A stretch of 62,924 bases of DNA, the filler included, from Lenisia limosa (lineage: Eukaryota > Protista > Breviatea): assembly GCA_001655205.1 (NCBI GenBank). It is 14 parts of 14 records of this genome, joined end to end, with 100 filler letters (N's around TTAATTAATTAA, not from the genome) between each part and the next. Parts side by side here need not be neighbours in the genome. Positions count along the whole stretch, not along the records: positions 1 to 2,394 come from LPNZ01010128.1; positions 2,495 to 4,909 come from LPNZ01004487.1; positions 5,010 to 8,763 come from LPNZ01007884.1; positions 8,864 to 16,896 come from LPNZ01003568.1; 10 more parts are not named here. One strand, written 5' to 3'. Of the stretch, positions 1 through 13,294 are shown piece after piece. The translations under genes were made by a program, and so were the position numbers. The notes below the pieces were generated by a model, which saw only the letters and a list, made by a program, of their open reading frames with translations, was not told where the DNA came from and made no database searches. Position 1 is the stretch's first letter, and each line of letters begins with the position of its first letter.

Positions 1-338
1 ATAAGTCTTGTGCGATTTACTATGTGATTTCCCAAGTAAAATCATTGTATAATTACTAATTACAGAACTATATTGGTTTTAAGGACGACTCCCCCCCTCC
101 CTTCAAACACACAGATTGAAATTTTCAATCACACCATCTGCTTTTGTCTAGGCGTTGGTTGCTCATGTTTGTTATTGCTTGTTTTTTTTGTTTGTTTGGA
201 GTTTCAGATTATTCGGTTCGTGATTAGTACTTTTACGCCAATANNNNNNNNNNNNNNNNNNNNNNNNNNNNNNNNNNNNNNNNNNNNNNNNNNNNNNNNN
301 NNNNNNNNNNNNNNNNNNNNNNNNNNNNNNNNNNNNNN

Positions 339-2376
339 TACGTTCATGGTCCACAAGTTCGGCAAGAAGCTGTTGCGTTACACCGTCAACGCTTGGCGTG
401 AAGTTCACGAGAGTGATCTGGAGCGTAAAAAACAAAAAAAAAACAAAAAAAAAAGAAGTCATGAAATTTGCAACAAAAAGTGAGAGTGATCTATGATATA
501 AAATACATAATTAGACTAATTCCCCACTTTAGCCGAAGTCTCCGCGCTGAACCGCGGCTGGGGATGGGCAGTAACGAGGATGAGTTTGAAGGATAGCGGA
601 ACTACAACTGTCCGGTCGCCTATTCGGACCTGGGAGGGGGAAAATGAGGAATGTGTGTATGCGGGGATTATATACATAATATGATATATTATACGGAGGG
701 GGGACTGGGTTGTCTATGAAACAAACAAAAATCCCAAAATCAACTGCGTTGGAACACACAAAATCAACTCCGTTGGCTAGCAACATACATGGGGAAGGGG
801 TCTTGGTAAATACATACTATCGATATATACATGTAATATATAGTTACATAAACATATTTAGTTGGTAACTAAGATGTTTACTGCTCCTCAGGATTTCACA
901 GGATATAGTACACGCCTGGACCAACCTGACACGAACTAGAGCGGACTGCTGGGATGTTCAAAATCGGGCTCAGGAACGCTGGGATTGTAAGATATCGGAC
1001 ACTTGTTTTGACAGTCTTTTGTTCTTTTTGGTTTTGAACAATAAAAGAAAAGAAAAAAAGTTGAAAAGTGTTACTATTATGATAAAAAAGAATATTAAGA
1101 ATTGGGCTCAGGAACCCTGGGATTGTGAGGTATCGCCTTCCCCACTTTTTTTTTTTTTTTTTTTTTTCNNNNNNNNNNNNNNNNNNNNNNNNNNNNNNNN
1201 NNNNNNNNNNNNNNNNNNNNNNNNNNNNNNNNNNNNNNNNNNNNNNNNNNNNNNNNNNNNNNNNNNNNNNNNNNNNNNNNNNNNNNNNNNNNNNNNNNNN
1301 NNNNNNNNNNNNNNNNNNNNNNNNNNNNTGACTGAGTTTTCAATAACCTGCGGGGGTTATATCAGATGTATATATAGTATGATGCATGTTTATTGATACA
1401 TATCATATAGCTATGTAATATATAAATAACAATAACCTGCGGGGGTTATATCGTTTGTATATAATGCATGTAATATATACATATTAGATCATATAGCTAT
1501 GTAGTCTAAATATCAATTACTTACAGGCGATTTGCCTTAAAATCACATAGCAAATTGGTCAAGACTTATCCCGGTCACTATATCGAATATTACATACATA
1601 TTATACATATCGATATCTATACGGATTTTTTCGTACCTTGGTGATATCGGCCTGATCAATATGGGCGAAAATGGCCTGTTCCCTTCTTAAGCTCTTCCGA
1701 AGGTATGCCAAGCCCTGGCCCTGAGGGGGGGGGTGAAGTTGGAATACAGTTAGAATTTATTTGACAACAAACGTAGTAAAATGGAAAAATTATAACACAT
1801 AAACTCAAAAGCGCTTAAATGTGAGCTATTGGAGCCCTCAAAAACAGTCCCCCATTCGTACCTGGGGATCAAGCAGTAACGGGAAGCGCTGGGATTTGCT
1901 GAGAATTACATTGGAATCTATTGAGGACGTGTCATTCGGTAATCCATCAGCTTTCCAGTCATCAATCTAGGGGGGGGGGGGGGNNNNNNNNNNNNNNNNN
2001 NNNNNNNNNNNNNNNNNNNNNNNNNNNNNNNNNNNNNNNNNNNNNNNNNNNNNNNNNNNNNNNNNNNNNNNNNNNNNNNNNNNNNNNNNNNCTAATCACG
2101 AACCGAATAATCTGAAACTCCAATCAAATATAAAACCAAGGAATAACAAAAATGAGCAACTCTATCAAAAGTAGACCGGGCCCATATATGCCAGGTATCC
2201 TGCACCCACCTAATCCGAGATACCATATCTGGAAAATAGTCCCTTCGCAAACATATTAGACACGGAGATTACCCGCCAACCTTATCGGAGATACCATATA
2301 CGGAAGGTAGACTGAAGTCGCCCGGCACATCTAGGCCTAGGGCGGCTAAATCACGGGTCCAAACGCTCAGCATTGT
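339..2376 (-). CDS. Dynein heavy chain, partial (post-stalk/AAA5 region), multi-exon
   Basis: GT-AG exons 2376-2281, 1966-1862, 1720-1637, 978-926, 629-~555 and 417-339 translate to DFSLPSVYGISDK|IDDWKADGLPNDTSSIDSNVILSKSQRFPLLLDPQ|GQG...FLSPILN...VRIGDRTVVVPLSFKLILVTAHP...ITLVNFTPSVDGVTQQLLAELVDHER. This matches the dynein W-x3-GLP-x-D, RWPLxIDPQGQ and VNFT motifs. Both ends are cut off by the window edge or a linker gap. Confidence 0.88.
1527..1579. mobile_element. MITE family M2, right half
   Basis: aaatcacatagcaaattggtcaagacttatcccggtcact matches the right arm of the full copies at 12089 and 25684. A left-arm fragment is also present at 1-45. Confidence 0.7.
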
Positions 2377-3126
2377 CTGTGGGGGGGGGGGGGGNNNNNN
2401 NNNNNNNNNNNNNNNNNNNNNNNNNNNNNNNNNNNNNNTTAATTAATTAANNNNNNNNNNNNNNNNNNNNNNNNNNNNNNNNNNNNNNNNNNNNGTCTGC
2501 GCTACAATTACGAACTTTGGCAAACGCGTGACGCCATTTCCGTATTTGTCCACCCAGAATCCACCAAATTACACACCATCTAAACTGCTTTTTTTGACCT
2601 CCAAGCGCTTGCTCGCCGCTCCCCCATGTTCTCTTTTTTTGTATTTCTAGCAGATATGCACTTTCTTTTTTTTACTGTGGGCCTTCTTCAGCTGGCAACA
2701 AAAAAGGGGATGATAAGATGCTAAAAATAAAACAAGGGGAACAATGTGAAGAACATGCCATCAAGCGACGTNNNNNNNNNNNNNNNNNNNNNNNNNNNNN
2801 NNNNNNNNNNNNNNNNNNNNNNNNNNNNNNNNNNNNNNNNNNNNNNNNNNNNNNNNNNNNNNNNNNNNNNNNNNNNNNNNNNNNNNNNNNNNNCTTCTCT
2901 CTTAAAGCAGGTTGTGGTTGGAGAACATGGCTCGGTCGAAGGACAAAAAAGAACCGTAAACGAGCGTAACATTGTTATTTAGATTGAATCTATTAAGTAA
3001 TTAAGATAGGAGAACAACAATTGATATTTACAAACCTTTTTTTAAATGCAAGTAAACAGTTAAAAATATGAAGTCGAAAGTTTCTGTTTGGATATCCGTG
3101 ACAACTCTCATTCTCCAACCGTTACT

Positions 3127-3660
3127 TCAATAAAATACCGCCAGTACCTGATCAGTAGATACTTTGGAAGGGATGATAAATGAGGACCAATGAGAACGAG
3201 TACAGTGTTTGGAAGAAAGCCACAAAAGGGCACCTATGACTATCAACGAGAAAAAGGAATATGGCACCAGGGGAAGCATGTAAACAACAACACAATGTTT
3301 CAACAGAAATTCCAGAGCAACAGCAGAATAGCGAGAAGTATGCCCATCAACGATGAAAATAGCCCAAGTATTCTTTGCCAAACAAGTCTTTCCCTGTCTT
3401 CCTCAATTTTTGGAACAGGCACTTCAAATACGTGTTGCGTGAAAGTATCGACATTCTACATAATTAGCCAAAGAGAGAAAAACAACATAAGTGAACTAAC
3501 ATGCATGTAATTTTAGTCATAAATCATACCTGCCAGCCATTTGGTCAAACATCAATGCATCATGGATTTTTAAGATGTTTTCATCTCTGCAACAAAGAGC
3601 AGAACGACCGCATGGATATCGCCAAATTCTTCTATGGAAATGGGTCCATCGCCAAAATTC
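3127..3660 (-). pseudogene. pogo/Tc1-mariner-type DDE_1 transposase remnant
   Basis: Intronless, frameshifted reading IFIVDGHTSRYSAVALEFLLKHCVVVYMLP resembles the DDE_1 motif LLILDGHxSH...(I/V)xLLxLPPH. Stops and frameshifts lie on both sides. Confidence 0.75.
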
Positions 3661-4179
3661 TTCATACTTTGCTTATGTGATAGGATGATAAAACAATTCT
3701 TCATAACCAATCATCCCTTGATTTTATTGAGTTTATTTCATACGTGGCTAATTCCACTAAATCACCCAACAACCCAATTAAAATACATGATAAAAAAACT
3801 ACTTAGAGGCTAAGCGCGTTAAGAGCCTCAACAGTTGCGTCAATCTCAGTGGAGTGGGCTAGTTCTGACGTGATGAGGACAATGAACAATTGAATTCACT
3901 CCAATCAAATCAACAATATCGTCGTAATAATGATAGACTAAATAATATGTTGGCTGAAGCCGGAAACCCTACCTCGTGGTCTTGTGTCTAAAAATTGTAA
4001 CGCAGTGAAATACAATATGGAACGGTACCGGAGTGTACCCCAACCAAAACAAAGATATCAGGCTAGAAGCAGCCCCTCTCTCTTACATAAAAATATAGCA
4101 ATGAGAAATAAAAAAGAAAGTTGTATCTGGCTTTCTGCTTGCCTCCCCAGACCCTATACAATTATAACAAGTTACCCAC

Positions 4180-4739
4180 TCCTCACCACTGGACTGGTTG
4201 AGATGCTCGGAGAACGAGGTGATAGGTGGAATAGTGGACGATGTCGACATTGCACTAAATCCGTCAACATGGATGACATAGAAGGCATGGTAATCTGTTT
4301 GAACATGGAGGACAGGTGGATTGAACATTGAGGATGGTTATTTGTTTCTCTAGATTTCTAATGTATTTATTTCTCTTGTTCCAAAAACAAAAAATGTAGA
4401 TGACAAGAGGACTGAACATAAAGGCGTGGCAGCATGGTAATTTGTTTATAGAATCTCTATGTATTTATTTGTTTCCCTAGATTTCTAATGTACATGTATA
4501 TATTATTTCTCTTGTTCCAAAAAAAAAAATACAGATGACAGGTGGATTGAACACAGATAACAGGTGGATTGAACATAGTCGCTTCTGCAGAACTGCATCC
4601 TATCACTCCAGTGTTAAGGAACAACGATATAATAAAAAACAATCTTGGCAGCTGTGGGCTCTTTATGTTTTCCAATCCCCCCCCCCCACGCTTCGTCATT
4701 GAGCAGGGAGATAACGTCATCGGTCTCAGCATCGGGTTC
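4180..4739 (-). CDS. Unassigned exons of a hypothetical protein
   Basis: Exon 4739-4690 (EPDAETDDVISLLNDEA) is bounded by ttcacag and gtgggg. A second GT-AG bounded open segment lies at about 4294-4180. No family recognised. Confidence 0.3.
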
Positions 4740-5077
4740 CTGTGAAAGTCAAAATTTTAATAATAAATTAATAAACAAACAATAGTAGTAGTAATAATAT
4801 AATTATTAATAAAAAAACACACAAGTGAAAATGTGATGGGGTTTTGATGAATATATAATTCAGTATATCTTATATATATATAGCAATACAAAAAACAGGT
4901 TGAATCTTCNNNNNNNNNNNNNNNNNNNNNNNNNNNNNNNNNNNNNNNNNNNNTTAATTAATTAANNNNNNNNNNNNNNNNNNNNNNNNNNNNNNNNNNN
5001 NNNNNNNNNACAGGTCAAAAATAACCGCTCTACTTTCATAATTGTTTTTTTTTATTTTTACCCCCCCCCTAGTTTTA

Positions 5078-5196
5078 GCGTTGGTTGCTCGTGTTTGTTA
5101 TTGCTTGTATTTTTTGTTTGGAGTTTCAGATTCCTGATTTGTACCTTTATGCCAATATTCTTCATCGAAATTCATTCATTTCATCCCCCCCCCCAC
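5078..5196 (+). repeat. Intron-end repeat (C-type), inverted relative to host gene, abutting the 5' splice site
   Basis: ttggttgctcgtgtttgttattgcttg..ttggagtttcagatt..cttcatcgaaatt..ttcatcccccccc-ac. Related copies at about 155-243, 2092-2130, 31630-31735, 49680-49745, 53339-53430, 55200-55263 and 62895-62924. Confidence 0.8.
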
Positions 5197-7030
5197 CTGG
5201 CAGCCTTCTGAAACATCGAAACCGGAAAGAGGTCAAAAGCCAGGCCGTAGAACGTGGATTCGGTGGCTGACGCAAACCCAAAGAGCGCCTGTGTGGACTG
5301 GGGGGGGGGGTTGAAAATGGATATTTTTCGGTGATTTTATTACCGTTACTACAATTTATCTCTCAAAAACTCCAAAATATTTCAAACCTTGAATGCGAAA
5401 AGACTAGATCCAAAGATCAAAATAATTCGGACCGACATTCGAGCAAACGTCCCTAGATAATGATATTTGATAAATATGTCTGTGAATGGCAGATAATGAT
5501 GTATGGTAAACATGTCTGTGAATTGGTTTTTTTGTAGTGAAGTTTCTATTGAAACCAGGGTCGTAGAGATCCGGCGGTTGACTAGTACAACAAAAATCAT
5601 CGACAAAAAACGACAGAAACAGGAGGACTCCACGTTGATATTAGACACCCTTATCCCCCCACCAAGCCGAACGACGGTCCGCGCGCTGAATGCTACCGCC
5701 AAAACCGCGCAAATTGGCAGGGATATGGCGAAGAAATATGTCCACAGGGGGTACACAGATAGGGTAATCTGGGGGGGAGGGGAGTTAAATTGGAAAATTC
5801 ATTAAACGAAATCCTAGAACAATCTGGGCGGGGGGGGGGGGGGNNNNNNNNNNNNNNNNNNNNNNNNNNNNNNNNNNNNNNNNNNNNNNNNNNNNNNNNN
5901 NNNNNNNNNNAACAAAAAACAAAACAAAAGACCAAGCAACAACAAAAGACATAAACCAGATGACAAATAAGGAAATGTCTCTTATAAACAACACTACCTG
6001 TTAAAATTTCTCGTCCATACATTTATTAACAACAAAGTCCAAAAAAGACTGAAAAATCATGACATATTTTGGCGGATAATTTGGCGGATAAACAAGCGGA
6101 TAAGTCCTGCCGTTGCATTGATACATATCAACAAACATCGACATTTAGTATGTTTCTTGAAACCGTAATAGAGCTGAACTCTCTGCGACTATCACTATTT
6201 ACCAGTCCAAAGCAAAGAGACCAATCCATGTTGCAAAAAATATCGATAAATTATATCGACTTGTTTTTCGAATAAGTTGCGGATATGTGGTAAGTTCCAC
6301 TTACCCCATTCCAAACCCCCTTATCACACTGTCTCATTTGAATCAACATCCCTGGGTATCCCCAGGATTTTATTATTCCTCAAGATTTTATTATTATTTT
6401 TCTTCTTTACATATTATTCTCTTGCTATCAAAAGCCCTCTTCACGCCCGTGTCTCCTTCATACCCCCACACCGTCTCCTTTGAAAGGCCCTTCTCTTCAA
6501 CCAGGTACTTTGTTAGGAAAGGTTCAGACGGCTTGAAGTCGATGAAGAAGCCTGGAGGAGGAGGGGAGTAAGTTGGAATAAATATGTGGGGGGGGGGGGN
6601 NNNNNNNNNNNNNNNNNNNNNNNNNNNNNNNNNNNNNNNNNNNNNNNNNNNNNNNNNNNNNNNNNNNTTGCTGAAAACTCGCACGGGTTGAAAACAACAA
6701 AGCAAACAAAGCCAGTCCAGTCGCTTCTGTAAAACCGAATCCCATTAATCCAGTGTACCGGGAGAGGGGTGAATTATGAAACAAAAAAGTCCAATAGTCA
6801 TTTATAAAAACAGGGCTTCCGCTAATTTGTCCGAAAGAACTAAAACATCAACGCAGTTACTCACAAATGCCATGATTATACGCTATAATGGTTATGGACT
6901 TAGATAAAGGGATGAACCAACGGATAAGGGCTGATAACGTGATAATAAGATTGCTAACGTGTTAAATAACTAAGGATAACGAGATCAAACCATAGAGGAA
7001 GAGGAGGAACAGGACGGCATAATGGCCCAT
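5197..7030 (-). CDS. Reduced folate/thiamine carrier family (SLC19-like) transporter, N-terminal half
   Basis: Five phase-compatible exons (7030-6991, 6551-6472, 5768-5663, 5452-5388, 5297-5197) give MGHYAVLFLLFLYGFFIDFKPSEPFLTKYLVEEKGLSKETITLSVYPLWTYFFAISL...QALFGFASATESTFYGLAFDLFPVSMFQKAA. This parallels SLC19 motifs YGFF..(L/I)RPSEPFLTPYL, IYPVWTYSY and FYG.A.ATE.AY. The C-terminus is lost at the linker gap. Confidence 0.85.
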
Positions 7031-7332
7031 TTGGCAGTGTCTACGGCTAAAACTTAATACTGTTTGATGGTGTTGTTGCTATAAGAGCAGAGTAGTTTAT
7101 TGCTGCTTATGAAGGGATGGCGAATCAAGTTGATGATCAGAGATTACTGATAAGTCGTCGTATTTAGGTAATATTTCCTTTTATTAAGTCATAACCTTGT
7201 CATAGAAGCTATATCGGATGATGGGGTAAAGGAAAGGCGCTTTTTGAAATTCAGTTTAAGTAACCGAAAAACTCTCGAAACTCATCGAAAAATATAAGTA
7301 GTGTCAGAACACAATTAACGCAAGAGCACAAG

Positions 7333-7769
7333 ATGTATTCACGGACAAAATCGGTGCTATTATGCTTTTTCGTCATTTCTGTCATTGTTTTTGTGACCTT
7401 TGAGACAGAAACCGTAAGCGGTGTCTTCACGAAATTCATCTAACCGCCCTCGCCACAGCTAACCCAACAGTTGCATAGTTATTAAAATTTAGACGATAAC
7501 TACCACATTATATTCTTCTTTCCTATGGTATCGATTGGTTCCCTCACGCTTATAGAAGCCTTCTATTCGGACGGTGGAGTATGATGGACAGCAATATGTA
7601 TGATGGTTTTCACTGATCTGCAAGATGTCTCGAGGGATGTCCCCTCCTGCCGAAATGTCATCGAAATTTCCTATAAAGATGTTAATTGATTTCAGAAAGT
7701 ATTTAATTTATTGCAGAAAGTAGTTACCGACGGCTCAGCTGACTTCCGCGTTTCATTCACTGATGCTGT
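7333..7769 (+). CDS. Hypothetical protein with N-terminal hydrophobic anchor (partial)
   Basis: MYSRTKSVLLCFFVISVIVFVTFETET followed by gtaagc. Further short GT-AG exons include KVVTDGSADFRVSFTDA|gtgagt. No family recognised. Confidence 0.35.
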
Positions 7770-9244
7770 GAGTGGGCATATTCTATTTTGGTTATATTCA
7801 ATTTGGGAGTGATGATCGGTCTATTCATGGTAGAGTTTTTGTAGTGAAGCTTGTATGAATCTGGAAATTATATCCTTTGGTTAATTTCACAAGTGTGAAC
7901 TATCATTTTCCTCGCAATGCTATGATACTGCAAATCCACTCGTACGACAATTGACCGACAAGTCTTAATGATACTCTGATACACTCGTGATGAACCCGTG
8001 TGTAATCTTCGTTCATCATTTTGCCTTGAAAGTTGTTCATATGGTCAAATCATTACTAGATATATACAGCTCATGGTGTATTTAGGTGTTGCATACATAT
8101 CAATATAAGGATTCGCTTTGCTATCCTACACATAAATCATTTGGCAGTTATATTTGGCACTCCGGCAGGTAACTGTTTAGAATGATTCACCTATTTCACC
8201 ATGGCATGATGTGCCTTTGAGGTTGGAAGGGGGTGCCCTAAAAGCGTATTATTTGCTATGAAAACCTTTTTGACGTAAAATTAATGCATATTATGCAAAA
8301 ACATAGATGAAATCCCTGCTCTTACCATTCACCATTAGCCATATTTCATATTTTGCTCTATTTCACTTTGTGCCCTATTTCGTTTTTAGATGTTTTTTAC
8401 CTTTTGCCTATATCATCTTTTAGGCCCAAGAATGCTGGTGATGACGTAATCAATTACATTGTGGAGACGCCAAGAGGGTATGGCGCAAACTCTCAATAAA
8501 ACCGGGGTGGAAAGAGCTGCCTCTGCCTGGGCCTCTGTGTTAATTATTTTCTAAAGAGAAATTCAAATTTTTGTTTTTCATCTTTGATAAACTGGAGTCT
8601 CTTTGTATTTTTTTTATCCTGCTGTCATTATTTAAGTGCTTCTTGACTTGAAATAAAAATTCATTTAACACACTACTATTAAATATACCTTTCACTTCCT
8701 TTCTAGTTTCACTGGCAAGTTGGAGATCCAGACTGATCTGAAGCACAACCCAATTAAGTTCGANNNNNNNNNNNNNNNNNNNNNNNNNNNNNNNNNNNNN
8801 NNNNNNNTTAATTAATTAANNNNNNNNNNNNNNNNNNNNNNNNNNNNNNNNNNNNNNNNNNNNAGGTTAATGAAAGGTCATTTTTCAACGTTTTAATTGT
8901 TTTCAGAATTTTGAATATTTTGTTCATTTTTAAATAATTCTTTATTTGTACTCGTAAAACCCAACAAGCACCGATTTATCCCAAAAGCATCGGTTTTTGT
9001 GGACGGGGATATATATAGTATACTACAATAGCGTGATGGTGTGGACGTCTTCAGCCAGATATAACCTTGCTCTATTTCTCATGTCTATGTATCGATATAG
9101 TATGTATCGTTTATATAATAGTGTTATTAATAAAAAAAATGGTATTAAATAGTAGTGTTAGCTTTTTGTAATTGTGATTTAACGAGTATTTTGTTTCTAA
9201 TTCTAATAGTGTCCTTAATAAATACTTATAAATGTTAATAACAA

Positions 9245-10143
9245 TAGGATGTGATACCAAGGATACAACTGAAACTATCGCCTTGGTAATGCAAGAAAAT
9301 AGAGTCTTAATCCTCATAATCTATCCAATTATTGGAGATTACTCATCTCACATCTTCAGGCTTTTAGTGGAGTCAAAAATTCGGAAAGCAATATTGTCTT
9401 TCCTTTCACAGCATCAACACCGACATACATGTTAACGTGCAATGATATTGGCCGAAACTACTCCACTTACGTACGTTGCATTAATGAATAGAAGATTATT
9501 CATAAAGCCTTTCGGCTTTGTGAAGAGTGGAACACTGGGTACAGCTTATTTGTATTCTATTAAGTCTCTATTTGCAACAACCGCCTCATCTCCATCCTCA
9601 CAGCACTATTTTGTCCAGAACCAACTCTCGCCATTCATTTACTAGCCCAGGTCTGGCCTCGTAGTGCCGCAACAAGCAGCCAGTTGAATATCGTACTCTT
9701 TAGGGGCGACTCCCACACTTCAACTACCTGCGACAATATCCACTCCTTCCTTATAAACTCTGGAACTACCCCAAAAGACTCGTCTGTGTTCCAGTTTGGT
9801 ACTACTTCGGTTGGTGTTGCGTCTTACTTATTTCACACAGCCAGGGTAGAACTGTCACCTTTTCGCCTGCGTTTTCAAGTGTCCCCGCAGTCCTTGTGAT
9901 TGGGAGTGATACCAACTCTTCGGGAGCCTTTTGCTGTATGTCAGGCCATTTGGTGGATTCATTCTTTGGGGTGGAAGGGCCTGGGGGGGGGGGNNNNNNN
10001 NNNNNNNNNNNNNNNNNNNNNNNNNNNNNNNNNNNNNNNNNNNNNNNNNNNNNNNNNNNNNNNNNNNCTATTCACATTTTAGCACTAACAGCGGTTTCAA
10101 CAACAACCGCTTCGTTTATATGCCGCTATCTGAATGTTCATGA
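9245..10143 (+). CDS. Hypothetical multi-exon protein
   Basis: Several GT-AG bounded open segments (AFSGVKNSESNIVFPF..., GRLPHFNYLRQYPLLPYKLWNYPKRLVCVPVWYYF). Exon chain not fully resolved. Confidence 0.3.
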
Positions 10144-11032
10144 AGTGAGTGCTGCCTACCACTTGGCAATCAGGTTGAATTGATTTTCCAATGTCATATC
10201 TGGGTCATTTCCACATGTGCGAACTTCCGTTTTCCACAGTGAAACGAAACCTCATACCCACTCGTCTGATAATTGACTGATAGGTTTCAAAACTCTGATA
10301 CACTCGGGATAAACTCTCATGTTACCGTTCATCATTTGGTGTACAGCTGTCAAACATTTAACCCTCTTATTAGGATTCCACAAATGAGATTGTCCGGTGG
10401 TTTGCTTTCATCCCCGGTACCTCAGAAGTTCAACTTGTCTAAATAAGAGATTGTGAATGAAACAGAATTGTATTCCTTGTTGGGGGTGTGGGCGAATAAC
10501 TAAATGCTCACGTTGAGACCAATCAACACCCTCGCTCACACACGCACATAAATAAAAGGGGGGTCCATTCATCCATTCTCCAGTGTTGGGTGGTGTGTGC
10601 GGAAGTGCGGTGAACTGGGATGGCAGTTGAATTGGGGCACGTGTGGGGTTGAAAATGAAGAAAAAAACACCTGAAACATTTTTAATCTTTCCCAGCCAAA
10701 ACACAACTCTGGCACCAGACCCCCCCGCTATCTCCCACTGCCACTAGCCACCAAAAGACAAAGCTTCTTTGACCCTTAGACCGCAACTGCAACACCCCAA
10801 CCAAAGAAGCCTCTACCACCCTTACTATTACTATTGCGGTTCACCCCGCCTGTTTTTATCTCGACCTCTTGACCCGGGAACACTTTGACCAGAAAACCAA
10901 AGCTGTATTTGGTGGGGGGGTTTGTGGTCTGTACTCTTCAATGTATTGTGACTGTATGTGTCTCCCTACATGAGTGTCGAAACACCATATTCATATTACT
11001 CATATTCATCATGTAGATAGAGTCAGGTAATT

Positions 11033-11870
11033 ATGGGCGATAAGGAGAAGAAGGAGAAAAAAGAGAAGAAGGAGAAGAAAGAAGATGAAGAATTGGAAGA
11101 AACAGGAGCCATTACAATTGCTGATGAAGTTGGAATGAGGTTAGTGCAAGGGCGACAATTATCTGCGTTCAAGTATTACCACTGTGGTTTTATGAATAAA
11201 TAATGTTCAGAAGTTGTGGCAAATGGATTGAGTTAATGATAATATTTGGAAAGTGCTCCTTTTTTGACTGCTTCTTTACATCCATTTTTTTTTAATGTGG
11301 ATGGGGGGTATAAAAGTCCATCATATCATTGTTGTGGTTTGTTGTTTATTTGTTCTTTTTTTCCTACTTCTTCCTTTATTTATCTCAGTCTCAATTTATC
11401 TATCTCACTCCTTTTTAGTTTCTCATTACCTAATTCTGTGTCTTTGCTTGGGAAGTTTTTGGAATATAGATATGATGGAGCAAGCAGTAACTCGCATTTC
11501 TTTATAGATATCAAAGTATTATGTTTGAACTTTGTAAATTACTAATCACCAAAGTCCACCTGTTTTATTTTTTTTGTTTTTATTTCTACAGCTTCGAGGA
11601 GTTCATGAAGGGAGTCAAGAAGCATTGTGACCGCACACCAGCTGAGGTACATAGCTGGGTTCTTTGCTTCATTATTCTTTTTCATTCTGTCTTTGAATTG
11701 TTTGGGTTTCCCGTTTGTTTTTGCTATTTTGCTTGTTAAGAGTGTTTTTACTTAAGATATTTTGAATTGCTGAATATGTTATTGCATTAACCCCCCCCCC
11801 CTCCTCTGACAGAAGCAAGCACATGTTGACTTTATAACAAAGTTCTTGAATTGTACTCCTGAAATGATCG
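11033..11870 (+). CDS. Lys/Glu-rich small protein or N-terminal extension of the downstream phosphatase
   Basis: MGDKEKKEKKEKKEKKEDEELEETGAITIADEVGM|gttagt, then SFEEFMKGVKKHCDRTPAE|gtacat, then KQAHVDFITKFLN. The splice phases are compatible. Whether it joins the gene at 11935 is unresolved. Confidence 0.5.
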
Positions 11871-11934
11871 ACCCTATTACTGGTTTGCTGCAATGTGCTT
11901 ATCTACTGCAACTGGGCTAACCAATGAAGGTCAC

Positions 11935-13176
<1,242 letters not shown>

Positions 13177-13294
13177 TGTGTTGTTAAAGATGGCGTGTGT
13201 ATATTGTACAATTAAATTGTGAGTTACCTGTATAAGTATTTTTCCAATAAATAAAAAGAAACACAAGAAAAACCCTTCAAAATCCATAAAACCG

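Noticed and set aside
73-483. Plus-strand ORF (FMVHKFGKKLLRY...)
   Set aside because: It is the antisense shadow of a dynein exon (ITLVNFTPSVDG...) plus intronic repeat.
2439-2450. TTAATTAATTAA palindrome repeated 13 times in the window
   Set aside because: It always lies in the middle of a ~100-nt N-run. It is an artificial all-frame-stop contig linker, not biology, and it makes cross-gap synteny unreliable.
3800-3870. Possible exon ending in an in-frame TAA, suggesting stop-codon reassignment
   Set aside because: Well-supported genes end normally in TAA (13174), TAG (19474) and TGA (23782), and conserved exons contain no internal stops. The segment is probably not an exon as drawn.
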